Shown: piece after piece, positions 53,952-63,904 of the stretch
Layout of the letters: every line of letters begins with the position of its first letter
How positions within the stretch are numbered: the stretch's first letter is position 1
Virus record (IMG/VR): IMGVR_UViG_3300048926_000317
Location: 1-64,000 of that record
Direction: 5' to 3' (one strand)
DNA length: 64,000 bases
From: a virus
Taxonomy: Duplodnaviria; Caudoviricetes
Notes under the pieces: generated by a model
Told to the model about the DNA's origin: nothing
Databases searched by the model: none
What the model saw: the letters and a program-made list of their open reading frames with translations, nothing else
Made by a program: the position numbers and the translations under genes

Positions 53952-53980
53952 ACGGAAAGCTGAAGCCGTCAAGTAGGCAA
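53952..53980 (+). promoter_or_regulatory. Conserved hairpin/pseudoknot element, copy 2 (3' of the MTase)
   Basis: ACGG-AAAGCTGAAG-CCGT-CAAGTAGGCAA. Confidence 0.5.
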
Positions 53981-54001
53981 ACAATTAAAACTTTAAATTT
54001 T

Positions 54002-54094
54002 ATGAAAAAGCTATTTTTAGTCATGAGCGTATTAACGCTAACAATTTTTACAACAATTCAGAGGGTTAACGCCCCTCTTTTAAAACAAAAATAA
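54002..54094 (+). pseudogene. 30-codon signal-peptide-only ORF containing a terminator-like hairpin
   Basis: MKKLFLVMSVLTLTIFTTIQRVNAPLLKQK; AGAGGG-TTAACGC-CCCTCT followed by TTT. Confidence 0.4.
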
Positions 54095-54099
54095 AAACG

Positions 54100-55492
54100 A
54101 TGAAACAACTAGAATTAAACTTAAATAAAAGACTTCTTATTGTGGAAAGCCTTTCTAATGTGGGAGTTGAAAAGAAAGAATTAATCAAATCATTAGAGGA
54201 TAGATTTGATTGTAAACTAGAACTATTAGGCTTAGGCTCCGAACTTACTGAGGAAATAGCGAAAGCTTTAGTTACTGAATATGCTTACGGTTATTATAAA
54301 AATTACAATACATCATTTTGTGGTGGTAGACCCAAAACATCATTAGACTTTAAAACCTCTTTAGAATCTTTCATTTCAGCAATAGAAGCGCAAAGTTATT
54401 ATTGGGGTGAGAATCCACATATGAATAAAGATTCAAGATTTAATACTAATAGACCTGTATGTTTTTTAGGCACAAATGATTGTAGGAATATTATTAAAGA
54501 AAAATATTGTCAATGCTATAGTTATAGAGAAGCCGAATCCAAAACCTTCAACCCAGAGAAAACTTTAATATTTGAAATACTTTAACCTATGAAAACAAAA
54601 GAAGAACTTTTAAAAATATATTTGGCTTATTTACCGTATGAGTTGGAAGTAACGTTGTCTGATGAAGGGCGATATAATTTAGATAGCGAATACCCAAATG
54701 AGCACACTTATAAAAAAGGAATTATAACTGAATTTTCTTTTTCTACAGGTGAATTCGGTTACGGCGAATTTCAAGTATCAAAGAATTACTATTTTTCTAT
54801 AAACGACCTATCGGAAGTTAAACCTATTCTATACGACCTATCTTACTTAACCAAAGAGATTGAGCATGAGGGTAATATAATCAAGCCAATCGAATATATT
54901 TCAACATCTAATGCCAATAAAAAACAAATATTATATAGATACGGAAAAGGCTTATCTATGGATACCCTCAAACAATGGCAATTTGAAAGGCTTTTACAAT
55001 TACATCTTAATGTTTTTAATTTAGATGAATCAGAATACATAAACAAAGCAACACTAAACCTTACAAGTTAAAACAAACAAGATTATGGAAGCAAACGAAT
55101 TAAGAATTGGAAATTATGTAAATGTTCCACGAGAAGATCAATCACCTTTTAAAATAGATGGGTTTGATTTCTTAAATTCAGATGGAGGCAAAATAGAAAG
55201 TGAAGTAAAAATAGATGGTAAAAAACTTCATCCACTGACTTGGTATTTAAGTGATTTGTCGCCCATCGAATTAACAGAAGAATGGTTATTGAAAATGGAA
55301 TTTTCATGGAAAAATATTCCTGAAAGATATATGCTAGGTTCTTGGAGTACATTAAGAGTATGTAGAGATTTAACGATAGAATATAAAGATTCTTACTTAG
55401 TTAATGTAAAATTTGTCCACCAATTACAGAATTTATATTTCGCTCTTACAGGTGAAGAGCTAACAATTAAAACAAACAACAATGGAGAATAG
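54100..55492 (+). CDS. Three hypothetical proteins, paralogues of 49279-49785, 50541-50954 and 25982-26440
   Basis: Shared motifs ESFISAIE, EAESKT, KPxxxxLS.LT and ELRxGN...LQNL.F..TG.EL. Confidence 0.75.
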
Positions 55493-55961
55493 ATTAATAT
55501 CACCCAACGATAATTTACAGACACCTGAATATATTTTTAAATCTTTAGGTTTAATTGACTTAGATCCGTGTGCAGGTGAAAAAACTGAAATAGGTACTCG
55601 TAACATTTGGGATGGGCGTGGTGAAGATGGTTTAAATTATGAATGGAAAGGTTTTGTTTATTGTAATCCGCCTTTCTCTCAAAAAGAATTATGGATTAAA
55701 AAAATGATTGATCACAACAATGGAATTTTATTATTACCAGAAAGGGGTTCTGCTCCTTGGTTTGGACCACTAGCAGAAGCTTCGGGAAAATACTTTGTAA
55801 TGGGAAAGAAAATTAATTTCATTGGAGGAACTTCTTCTAATAACGTTGGATCTGTACTTTTCCCATTCGGTGAAGAAGCTGTTAATAGGATATTAAAAAG
55901 TGGTTTACCTGGACATTTCGTAACTGTTGAATGGTTTAAGTCTCGAGGTCAAAACAAATAG
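55482..55961 (+). CDS. Phage N6-adenine DNA methyltransferase (Dam-like)
   Basis: QTPEY, IDLDPCA and VYCNPPFS motifs. Confidence 0.85.
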   Translation: MENRLISPNDNLQTPEYIFKSLGLIDLDPCAGEKTEIGTRNIWDGRGEDGLNYEWKGFVYCNPPFSQKELWIKKMIDHNNGILLLPERGSAPWFGPLAEASGKYFVMGKKINFIGGTSSNNVGSVLFPFGEEAVNRILKSGLPGHFVTVEWFKSRGQNK

Positions 55962-56141
55962 GAATAAACAAATAAAAAAAACAATTACGGAAACCCATAA
56001 GTAAATAAACAAAACAATGAAAGATGCTTTACTATCCTTTAAGGAAAATTATAAATATAACCGAGAGGAAAAATCTAAGACTTATAACACTAAAGTAAAC
56101 CGACTGAAACTATCACAAGTAATATTTAAAACTAAATTATA

Positions 56142-56528
56142 ATGAAACCTAGCCAACAAAAAATGCTTTCTGAAGCCTTTATTCCAAATTCAGTAGCATA
56201 TAGAAAATCCAACTTAGAAAAAGCAGAAGAAATGCTTATTATAGCAAAGGCTATTCCTAGAAAAGTTCGTAGAGCCAAACCTAATGAATGTGAATTTTGG
56301 AGAGAATTACAAAGAGTAAAGAATTCAGAGCCTCCAAAACTAAAACTTAGAGAAGATGGTTTAGTAAGCGCAAAAGACGCTAAAACATTCTTTGGAATAT
56401 CAATGTTTACAATCCAGGAACAACGAAAGAAAGGGACCCTCCCATTCAAAAAAGAGAAAGCCAAATATTATTACGATCCAGAAGACCTTAAAAAGATTGA
56501 GGTTAGAAAATATAGAAAAACAGAATAG
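56142..56528 (+). CDS. HTH (MerR/excisionase-like) DNA-binding protein
   Basis: LVSAKDAKTFFGISMFTIQEQRKKGTLPF..K.YYYDPEDL. Confidence 0.7.
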   Translation: MKPSQQKMLSEAFIPNSVAYRKSNLEKAEEMLIIAKAIPRKVRRAKPNECEFWRELQRVKNSEPPKLKLREDGLVSAKDAKTFFGISMFTIQEQRKKGTLPFKKEKAKYYYDPEDLKKIEVRKYRKTE

Positions 56529-56531
56529 AAA

Positions 56532-56705
56532 ATGATCACATTACACGAATTAGATGGCAGAGAAATAGAAATATTCGCAGCCGACATAAAACGATATAGA
56601 GGTTCGGGTTATGGAACTTGGATAGAAATGAATTCCGGAACAGACTTTTATGTTACAGAAGATTTTGATTCCGTAGATGAAATGGTTGAAAATTTAAAGT
56701 TATAA
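56532..56705 (+). CDS. FlbD-like small protein (not in ORF track)
   Basis: MITLHELDGREIEIFAADI...TWIEMNSGTDFYVTEDFDSV, matching the FlbD family pattern. Confidence 0.6.
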   Translation: MITLHELDGREIEIFAADIKRYRGSGYGTWIEMNSGTDFYVTEDFDSVDEMVENLKL

Positions 56706-56707
56706 TT

Positions 56708-57521
56708 ATGAAAATATTATCTCAAAAAGAAATTGAAAAGCATTTTGAAAAATGTGATTTTGATGATGACTGTGATTTTTGCGATAGTCCAGAACATGGA
56801 ACGTATGTAAAGATAGATTATATCCCAGAAGATGTTGCCGAAACTGATTTTTACATCTGTGGTAAATGTGCTTCTACAAGATTAGAGAATTATGAGCAAG
56901 AAGAAAAAGAAAATTGGGAGCAGATGGGTAAAATGGCTGAATGGTGGGCAAAAGAACAAGAAAATAAATAATACAATGGAAAAAAAATATAAAGAAATAG
57001 AATTTGGACTTGGAAATATAGAGTCTGCAATCAAAGTATTACAAAAATACAAGGATAAAAATGAATCAGTTTTTGGAATATTTAATGGACAAAAATTATT
57101 CTCAGATATAGATGATATTAATTCTGCATATCTTAAAATAACAGGTAAAACAAAAATTGAATTTGACAAAGAAGCAAAAGCCAGTAACGAAAAATATTTA
57201 GAAGAAAAAAGAATTCATGAAGAAACTATTCCAGAGCAAACTAAAGAATGGATTGAAAAAGGGAAATCTATCCTAGATGAAAAATATAGGGATAAATGGG
57301 ATGAAATAGTTCCAATTAGACTAAAAGATTTATACCGTGGTTTAGAACTAGGTATGTGCCTTGATATTATTAAAGAATTAAATTCTGGTTGCAATTTAGG
57401 GAAAGCTAAAGAAATAATCGAAGAACAGGGACATTCGGGAATGTCTTTTAGTTTAGTTTGCTCAATGATAAAATTATTTAGTGATAGAGGCGATGATTTC
57501 GTTTCTTATATAAATAAGTAA
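56708..57521 (+). CDS. Two hypothetical proteins (CxxC-containing 56708-56971; about 56976-57521)
   Basis: ORF track; the second likely starts at MEKKYK. Confidence 0.7.
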
Positions 57522-57574
57522 AAATAATCCACAAAAAACTTGCGAGTTAAATATATTATATATACTTTAGCCGT

Positions 57575-57724
57575 ATGGAAAGAAAGAGATTAATAATAGA
57601 CATGCCACCTGAAGCTTTAAAAACTTTAGCTAAGGAAGGAATAAACCAAGGAAAGAGCCGTAAAGCTTATATCGAGACAGTTTTGGAAGACAAATCAAAA
57701 GAAATTGCTAAAAAACAAAAGTAA
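57575..57724 (+). CDS. Ribbon-helix-helix regulator (not in ORF track)
   Basis: MERKRLIIDMPPEALKTLAKEGINQGKSRKAYIETVLE. First gene after a promoter-like TTGCG...TATACTTT sequence. Confidence 0.7.
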   Translation: MERKRLIIDMPPEALKTLAKEGINQGKSRKAYIETVLEDKSKEIAKKQK

Positions 57725-57725
57725 T

Positions 57726-58280
57726 ATGAAAACATTAACAACATTTATATTGGGATTGATTTTAGCATTTTCAGGATTATTTTTAATGGTTTGCGCTAAA
57801 GATAATAATTATGACTCTTGGTGGGATTATGCTTATACAATTATTGGATTTGCATTATTTTATACAGCATATAATAAAATACAAAAATCAACAAATTAAA
57901 TATTATGTACCAATATAACATCACTTGGAACGACAAAGTTAACCCTAATACATTTAATAAATCTTGTCATATTAAAGCAGACGATATCTCCGAACTTTAT
58001 AAAAAATTCAACAAGATTCATCCTAATGGATTTATCTGGGGGTTAGTAGTAATAGATAACTAATATGGCTTATTATTTGACGACAATATCAATTTCATTA
58101 AAAGCTAAATCTGACAAAGAAGTAGCAGATAAAATTGATAAAATATTAAACCAAATTAGAGAAAACAAAGATATTAATCCGTATGTCGACAGCTGTAAAA
58201 AAGTAGTTATAACGGATAATAAGCGAAGATTTGAATCGATTGATAATTCAGAGATTAAAAAATTAAATACTAAAAAGTAA
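57726..58280 (+). CDS. Three small hypothetical proteins (first is membrane-spanning)
   Basis: 57726-57899, a 51-aa ORF at about 57905 and 58065-58280. Confidence 0.6.
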
Positions 58281-58282
58281 AA

Positions 58283-59143
58283 ATGGCAAAGCAAGAAATA
58301 CAAAATATAAATACGCAAATTGAAAAGCCAAAAACTCTTGCATCGTTATTGCAAAGTGAAATGGTTAAAAAGAGATTAGAAGATATTCTGGGAAAAAGGT
58401 CTTCTACATTCGCTACATCGGTAATTCAAATTGCCAACAGTAATGACTTACTAAAGAAAGCCGACCCGCAATCAATCCTAAACTCGGCATTATTAGCTAC
58501 TACTTTAGAGTTACCTTTAAATAATTCACTTGGATTTGCCTACATTGTACCATTCAACAATAAACAAAAAGACGGTTCATTCAAGGTGGAGGCACAATTC
58601 CAGCTCGGAGCTAAGGGCTTGCAACAGTTAGCGGTACGAAGTGGGCAGTATAAAGATTTGTATGCAAAGGCGGTTTATGAAGGTCAGGTAGTTGAAGATG
58701 ATTCATTTTTAGGATACCACTTCGAATGGAAAAATAAAACTTCTGATATAGTTATTGGTTACGCCTCCTATTTCAAGCTTACATCTGGATTTGAAAGTAT
58801 TTTCTATATGTCAGTTCAAGAAATCACTGATCACGCTAAGAAATATTCTCAGACTTTTAAAAGATATGGATCAGGACTTTGGAAAGATGACTTTGAAAAA
58901 ATGGCAAAGAAAACTGTTTTAAAGTTATTGCTTAATTCAGGAAAAGCTCCTTTATCAGTTGAAATGCAAAATGCAGTAACCGCAGACCAGGCAGTTATTA
59001 AAGAATATAACGACGACAACACAATCGATGTCGATTATGTAGATGGGACAGATATTGAACCTACCGGAGATGAAAAGAAAGAAGATCTCAAAGAGATTAT
59101 TGTAGAAGGCAAAATAGAAAACCCAATTAAAGACATGCCGTAA
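58283..59143 (+). CDS. recT: RecT-family single-strand annealing recombinase
   Basis: DPQSILNSALLATTLELPLNNSLGFAYIVPF, AQFQLGAKGLQQLAVRSGQY, W..DFEKMAKKTVLK. Confidence 0.93.
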   Translation: MAKQEIQNINTQIEKPKTLASLLQSEMVKKRLEDILGKRSSTFATSVIQIANSNDLLKKADPQSILNSALLATTLELPLNNSLGFAYIVPFNNKQKDGSFKVEAQFQLGAKGLQQLAVRSGQYKDLYAKAVYEGQVVEDDSFLGYHFEWKNKTSDIVIGYASYFKLTSGFESIFYMSVQEITDHAKKYSQTFKRYGSGLWKDDFEKMAKKTVLKLLLNSGKAPLSVEMQNAVTADQAVIKEYNDDNTIDVDYVDGTDIEPTGDEKKEDLKEIIVEGKIENPIKDMP

Positions 59144-59161
59144 CTTAAAAATAATAATATT

Positions 59162-59365
59162 ATGCTATACGAAGTAAATCAAGCTAAAAGCTTTTTAATT
59201 GAAAAATTTGGATCAATTGAAAATGTAAAACCGGGGATATATGCTATTCCAACATCAACATCTAAAGGCGATGCTTTCATGAGAGTGGTTATTAATGAAG
59301 AAATGGGAATGAGCGGATTTGATCTTTGGCTAAATGAAGAATTAACGGAAACGTGGTATGTCTGA
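59162..59365 (+). CDS. Small hypothetical protein between recT and the nuclease-FtsK gene
   Basis: 67 aa; its stop overlaps the next start. Confidence 0.65.
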   Translation: MLYEVNQAKSFLIEKFGSIENVKPGIYAIPTSTSKGDAFMRVVINEEMGMSGFDLWLNEELTETWYV

Positions 59366-61346
59366 ATACAAATCATACACGCCCGAACAGCTTCAAGAAT
59401 TAGATTCACTATTCCTTATTTCAACACTTAGCTATTCTAAGGTTTCACAATGGACACGCAACCAGAAAGCCTTTGAAATGCTATACGTCTACGGTTATAG
59501 ACAGAAAAACTCTTCTACAACCGTAGCTGGCCAAGCCTATCACTATGCTTTAGAAATGTATTTTAAAAACAAAAAAGAAGGGATAGAACTGTCAATTGTT
59601 GATTTGGAAACTTTAGCTTTTAATTACATTGATGAGCAGCCGGCAAGTGAATGGAAAATACAAAAGACTACACCCACAATCGAGGAATGCAAGTTAAAAG
59701 CTAATGATGTAACAGTAAAACTTATTGGGAACTTTTTTAGAGAAATTGGTGTTTACCTAAATGAAATTGAAGAGATTTTAGAAGTTGAATTATTTTTTAG
59801 TGAATTTCTAACAATTAATGGTGTAGATATTCCAATTAGATTTAATGGAAAAATTGACTTAATTGCTAGAACAAAAGACGGAAAAATAGTTGGCATAGAT
59901 CACAAATCAAAAGCCACATACACCGATGAAAAAGAATTAGTATTAACTTCTGGAAAACAAAGTTGTGTTTATGTTAAAGCTTATGAATCAATGAAAGGAA
60001 TTCTGTTAGATGAATTTTGGTTTGCAGAAAATAAACATTCAGCCAACAAAGATAAATCTTCACAGATACAGATTTCAAAAATAGAAATTACTAAAGATGT
60101 TTTAAAACTATACGAAGCATATCTATATACACCATTAAAATCTTTATTAATTGCAGTTTCTTCACCCGATTACGACTACCTAATCAATGATGCCGACAAC
60201 TTTGTAGACATAGCTGAAATTTATGCTTTTGACGCCAAGACGAGGCTCGGAGAGATTGATTCAGACTTTAATATCGAAGATACAAAGCTTGATCTAATCG
60301 AAAAGAGAACCAAGAAAATTAAAGACGCATCTGCCACAGCAATAAACCCTACAGTAATTAAAACATTCATTAAAAACGCATCAAAATTTATTCAATACGA
60401 CATGAGCGACAAAACCCAAGAACAGAAAATAGAACACGTACTAAGATCTTTCGGAATGCAAGTTTCCGTGGCAAAAATTTTTGATGGATTTAGTTCAGAC
60501 ACTTATCTATTAGAAATTGGTGCAGGAGTAAAAGTTGGAGCTGTACAGAAGTTTAAGCTTGATATTGCAAACCAATTAAATGTTGCCAATGTAAGAATTC
60601 CTACAGATTTAACAGTATATGAAGGCAAGTCTTATTTACAGATTGAAATATCAAAGAAAAGAGAAAGAGATTTAATATGGGATATTTCTGAATTAAAAGG
60701 AATGAAGATTCCTTTAGGGAAAGATAATATGGGGAATATTATTTATTGGGATTTTAACTCTAATTCTGCAGTTCATCAATTAGTATGCGCAAGTACAGGA
60801 GCGGGCAAATCGGTTTACTTAAAAAGTATTTTACATTACGCTTTAGAGGCAGGTGTAAAAGAAATACATTTGGCAGATCCCAAATTTGAATTTGAATACA
60901 TGAAGCAGTACGGAGTAAATGTTTATAATGAAATTGAAGACATTGAGGAAGCTATGCGAATGCTAGTTGAAAAAATGGATAATAAAGTAAGAAATAAAGA
61001 TACTTCAAAAGTACTAATTGCATTTGATGAATTTGCGGACGCATTGGCCGCTGCAGGTAAAAAAAGCGATTTAGATCATAACTTGAAAAGGATACTACAA
61101 AAAGGACGATCTTCTGGATTTAGAGTGATAGCAGCAACCCAAAGAGCATCCGTAAAAGTTATCGATGGCGACGCAAAAGTAAATTTTTCAATACTTTGTT
61201 GTCTACGAGTGCCAAAAGCTATTGACAGTAAGGTGGTGCTAGGAGAAGAGGGAGCGGAGCTTCTTTCTGGTTCAGGAGATTGTTTAATTTCTTCACCTGA
61301 CTATTTAGGATTACAAAGATTCCAAGCATTTTATAAACCAGATTAA
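59358..61346 (+). CDS. Fusion of a PD-(D/E)XK (RecB/Cas4-like) nuclease with an FtsK/SpoIIIE motor
   Basis: N-terminal LSYS, GQAYH, EVE, GKIDLI and DHKS. C-terminal FtsK alpha domain, Walker A ASTGAGKS, Walker B IAFDEFAD, QKGRSSG, ATQR and GAELLSGSGD. No TM or gamma domain. Confidence 0.88.
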   Translation: MSEYKSYTPEQLQELDSLFLISTLSYSKVSQWTRNQKAFEMLYVYGYRQKNSSTTVAGQAYHYALEMYFKNKKEGIELSIVDLETLAFNYIDEQPASEWKIQKTTPTIEECKLKANDVTVKLIGNFFREIGVYLNEIEEILEVELFFSEFLTINGVDIPIRFNGKIDLIARTKDGKIVGIDHKSKATYTDEKELVLTSGKQSCVYVKAYESMKGILLDEFWFAENKHSANKDKSSQIQISKIEITKDVLKLYEAYLYTPLKSLLIAVSSPDYDYLINDADNFVDIAEIYAFDAKTRLGEIDSDFNIEDTKLDLIEKRTKKIKDASATAINPTVIKTFIKNASKFIQYDMSDKTQEQKIEHVLRSFGMQVSVAKIFDGFSSDTYLLEIGAGVKVGAVQKFKLDIANQLNVANVRIPTDLTVYEGKSYLQIEISKKRERDLIWDISELKGMKIPLGKDNMGNIIYWDFNSNSAVHQLVCASTGAGKSVYLKSILHYALEAGVKEIHLADPKFEFEYMKQYGVNVYNEIEDIEEAMRMLVEKMDNKVRNKDTSKVLIAFDEFADALAAAGKKSDLDHNLKRILQKGRSSGFRVIAATQRASVKVIDGDAKVNFSILCCLRVPKAIDSKVVLGEEGAELLSGSGDCLISSPDYLGLQRFQAFYKPD

Positions 61347-61354
61347 AAATAATT

Positions 61355-61901
61355 ATGAGACGATCAGGAAAAACAACAAGAATAATAGATAATGCAGTAC
61401 AACAACTGTTTGAAGGGAAAACATTATTATTTGCAAAAAAATATTATTTAAATAAGGTTGATTATTATAGACAAGTTAAATTGTTTTTTAATACTGACTA
61501 TACTTTTATAGTTGATGATGATCCACGTTTTAATGACGTATCGCAAAGGAAATTGTTTGATAAATTTTTAAATAGAATTAAAAGTGAACATTTTCTAAAA
61601 TTAATAAATATTAAAACTACGGAAGATGAAAAAGGATGGATAGTAAATCTTGAAAATTTTGAAAGAATAATATAATAATATGGACTACCAAGGAAAACTA
61701 TACGGCAAAGTCGGAAATACATACTTCGAGACAGGAAGAGATTCTAATGATTGGGACAAATTAGAATCTGACAACAGAGAAATGAGACAGATTTTAAAAG
61801 ACATTACCCAGGAATTTCAGGCTATGAAGATTTTAAATGGCCTGAGAAAAGCTGCAGTAATTGAAAAAGCAGATCAATTTTTAAAAAGGACTGAACGATG
61901 A
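61355..61901 (+). CDS. Two hypothetical proteins (first begins RRSGKTT)
   Basis: ORF track. Confidence 0.65.
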
Positions 61902-62599
61902 AAAAAATACTTGTAGCGTGTGAAGAAAGCCAGGCTGTAACTATAGAATTTAGAAAATTAGGGTTTGAGGCTTATTCATGTGATCTATTGCCGTGCTCAG
62001 GCGGGCATCCTGAATGGCATATTCAATCAGATGTTTTGAATGTTATAAAAATAATGCCGGGTAGTTATGTTTTGACTAATAGCAATAATAAAGTTTATGG
62101 AGATTGGGATTTAATGATTGGACATCCTGAATGTACAAGATTGACAGTTACAGCAAATAAATGGTATAAGCCTGAATATGCGGATCGTTTCCCGACAATC
62201 CATGAAGACAGGGAAAAAGCGATTGATTTTTTCATGAAATTAATTAATGCTGATATTCCACACATTGCAATAGAAAATCCAATTGGAATAATGAGTACCC
62301 GTTACAGAAAGCCCGATCAAATTATACAACCTTATCATTTTGGTGATACCGAACGCAAATCAACTTGTTTATGGCTCAAAAATTTACCAAAATTAATACA
62401 TACGAATGTGGTAGAGCCTGAAATAATTTATCATAAATCGGGAAGGACTGACGGTAAATTACACTTTGAAACAATGAAGCTTCCAAAAGAAGAAAGAAGA
62501 AAAGCGAGAAGCGTAACATTTCCTGGAATTGCAAGAGCAATGGCTGAACAATGGGGAAAATATATTTTAAAAGGGAAAATATCAAAAACATTATTCTAA
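61898..62599 (+). CDS. Phage C5-cytosine DNA methyltransferase-like protein
   Basis: ILVACEES, AYSCDLL, HPECT (PC-like motif), IAIENPIG, KSTCLWLKNLP, RSVTFPGIARAMAEQWG. Confidence 0.75.
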   Translation: MKKILVACEESQAVTIEFRKLGFEAYSCDLLPCSGGHPEWHIQSDVLNVIKIMPGSYVLTNSNNKVYGDWDLMIGHPECTRLTVTANKWYKPEYADRFPTIHEDREKAIDFFMKLINADIPHIAIENPIGIMSTRYRKPDQIIQPYHFGDTERKSTCLWLKNLPKLIHTNVVEPEIIYHKSGRTDGKLHFETMKLPKEERRKARSVTFPGIARAMAEQWGKYILKGKISKTLF

Positions 62600-62843
62600 A
62601 AATGAAAATAAAAGACCTTAAACTACAAGATAAAGTTGAAATAAACGGCAGGCTTCATGAGTATCGCGGGATAAACAAAATCCGGATAAAAGGTATTGGC
62701 TTAGTGGAGAAAGTAGTATTTTCAAACTCAGAGATAGGTGATAAACAATTTGATTTAAAAGTATTGAATGCTGAAATAAAAGAAAAATATGGACAATTAA
62801 TTTATAAACCATAAAATAAATTTGGTTAATCAAAAAATAATAG

Positions 62844-62881
62844 TACTTTTGTAAAAGCGGAATAAAAACCGCTTTACTTTT
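62844..62881 (+). promoter_or_regulatory. -7 element overlapped by a terminator-like hairpin
   Basis: TACTTTTG (62844-51), then AAAGCGG-8-CCGCTTT followed by ACTTTT. Confidence 0.55.
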
Positions 62882-62906
62882 CTTTAAAAATTTGAAATGA
62901 ATTAAA

Positions 62907-63047
62907 ATGAAAAAAAAAGAAACATATATGACTGTTAAAGATTATGCTAGTAAATTTGGCATAACAGTACAGACAGTCTATAACAAAATTAAAAATAAAG
63001 AACTTGAAACAAAGAAAATTTTGCATACTACGTTAGTTAAGGTATAA
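62907..63047 (+). CDS. 46-aa HTH DNA-binding protein (not in ORF track)
   Basis: YMTVKDYASKFGITVQTVYNKIK. Confidence 0.75.
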   Translation: MKKKETYMTVKDYASKFGITVQTVYNKIKNKELETKKILHTTLVKV

Positions 63048-63088
63048 TTTTTTTTGGCTCTAAACTTTGTAAAACATTTAAAATAGAC

Positions 63089-63904
63089 ATGAGTAAAGTA
63101 AAGCCATTTTTTAAAATAACTTTTGAAGATATGGAACTAGCAGAAGAATTTTTTGGAAATGATAAAAAGTATGCTGAATTTTTATTAGCTGTTTCTTATT
63201 ATTATAGAGGAATAAATTATCAAATAAAAACAAAAATAGTTGAGAAATATTTCAATACTTATAAAAAGACGATGGACTTTATTATAAAAAGCAAAAATAC
63301 TGGTTCGGAAGGAGGGTTGAAACGCGCTGAAAATGAGCATATTAAAAACGCAACCCTTCAAGGGGTGGTTCAAGGCTCCCTTCAAGGACTCCTTCAACCA
63401 AATAATAAACTATTAAATACTAATAATAAAGAAGTAAATATAAAAGATAACTATTCTAAAGATTTATTCTTTGAAATTAAAAATTTCAAGATGTACCATT
63501 CAGAATTTATGTTGAATAAAAATTACTTGTTAATAGCATATAAATTTTGGGATCTTTGGAAGAGAGAAAATTCAGAAAATAAAACTGTGAAATCTGCAAA
63601 AGTGATTTCTTGGATTGATACGATACGGCTTATTGTCGAAGTTGATAAACAGAAGATAGAAAGATTAATAGCGATCTATAAATATTTTGAAAAGTGTCAA
63701 GAACAAATTATTGGATATGATGATTTTTGGTTTAAGACAATAAAAAGTGTTGGAGGACTAAGAGACACGAATAAAAAGGGAGTTTATAGATTAGATACTA
63801 TTATGGAAGTAGTAAATTCTAAAATGGATAAAGATGACGCCTTCAATAGACTAGTTTCAGATTCAATTGATAATTTTAAAAAATACAATAATGAATGCAA
63901 TTAA
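63089..63904 (+). CDS. Putative replication initiator
   Basis: Two domains joined by a QGVVQGSLQGLLQPN...NNKE linker typical of phage initiators. The C-terminal WIDTIRLIVEVDK...FWFKTIKSV pattern also fits. Confidence 0.55.
   Translation: MSKVKPFFKITFEDMELAEEFFGNDKKYAEFLLAVSYYYRGINYQIKTKIVEKYFNTYKKTMDFIIKSKNTGSEGGLKRAENEHIKNATLQGVVQGSLQGLLQPNNKLLNTNNKEVNIKDNYSKDLFFEIKNFKMYHSEFMLNKNYLLIAYKFWDLWKRENSENKTVKSAKVISWIDTIRLIVEVDKQKIERLIAIYKYFEKCQEQIIGYDDFWFKTIKSVGGLRDTNKKGVYRLDTIMEVVNSKMDKDDAFNRLVSDSIDNFKKYNNECN

Noticed and set aside
61355-61675. RRSGKTT as a functional P-loop ATPase/terminase
   Set aside because: Only 106 aa with no Walker B; at most a fragment.
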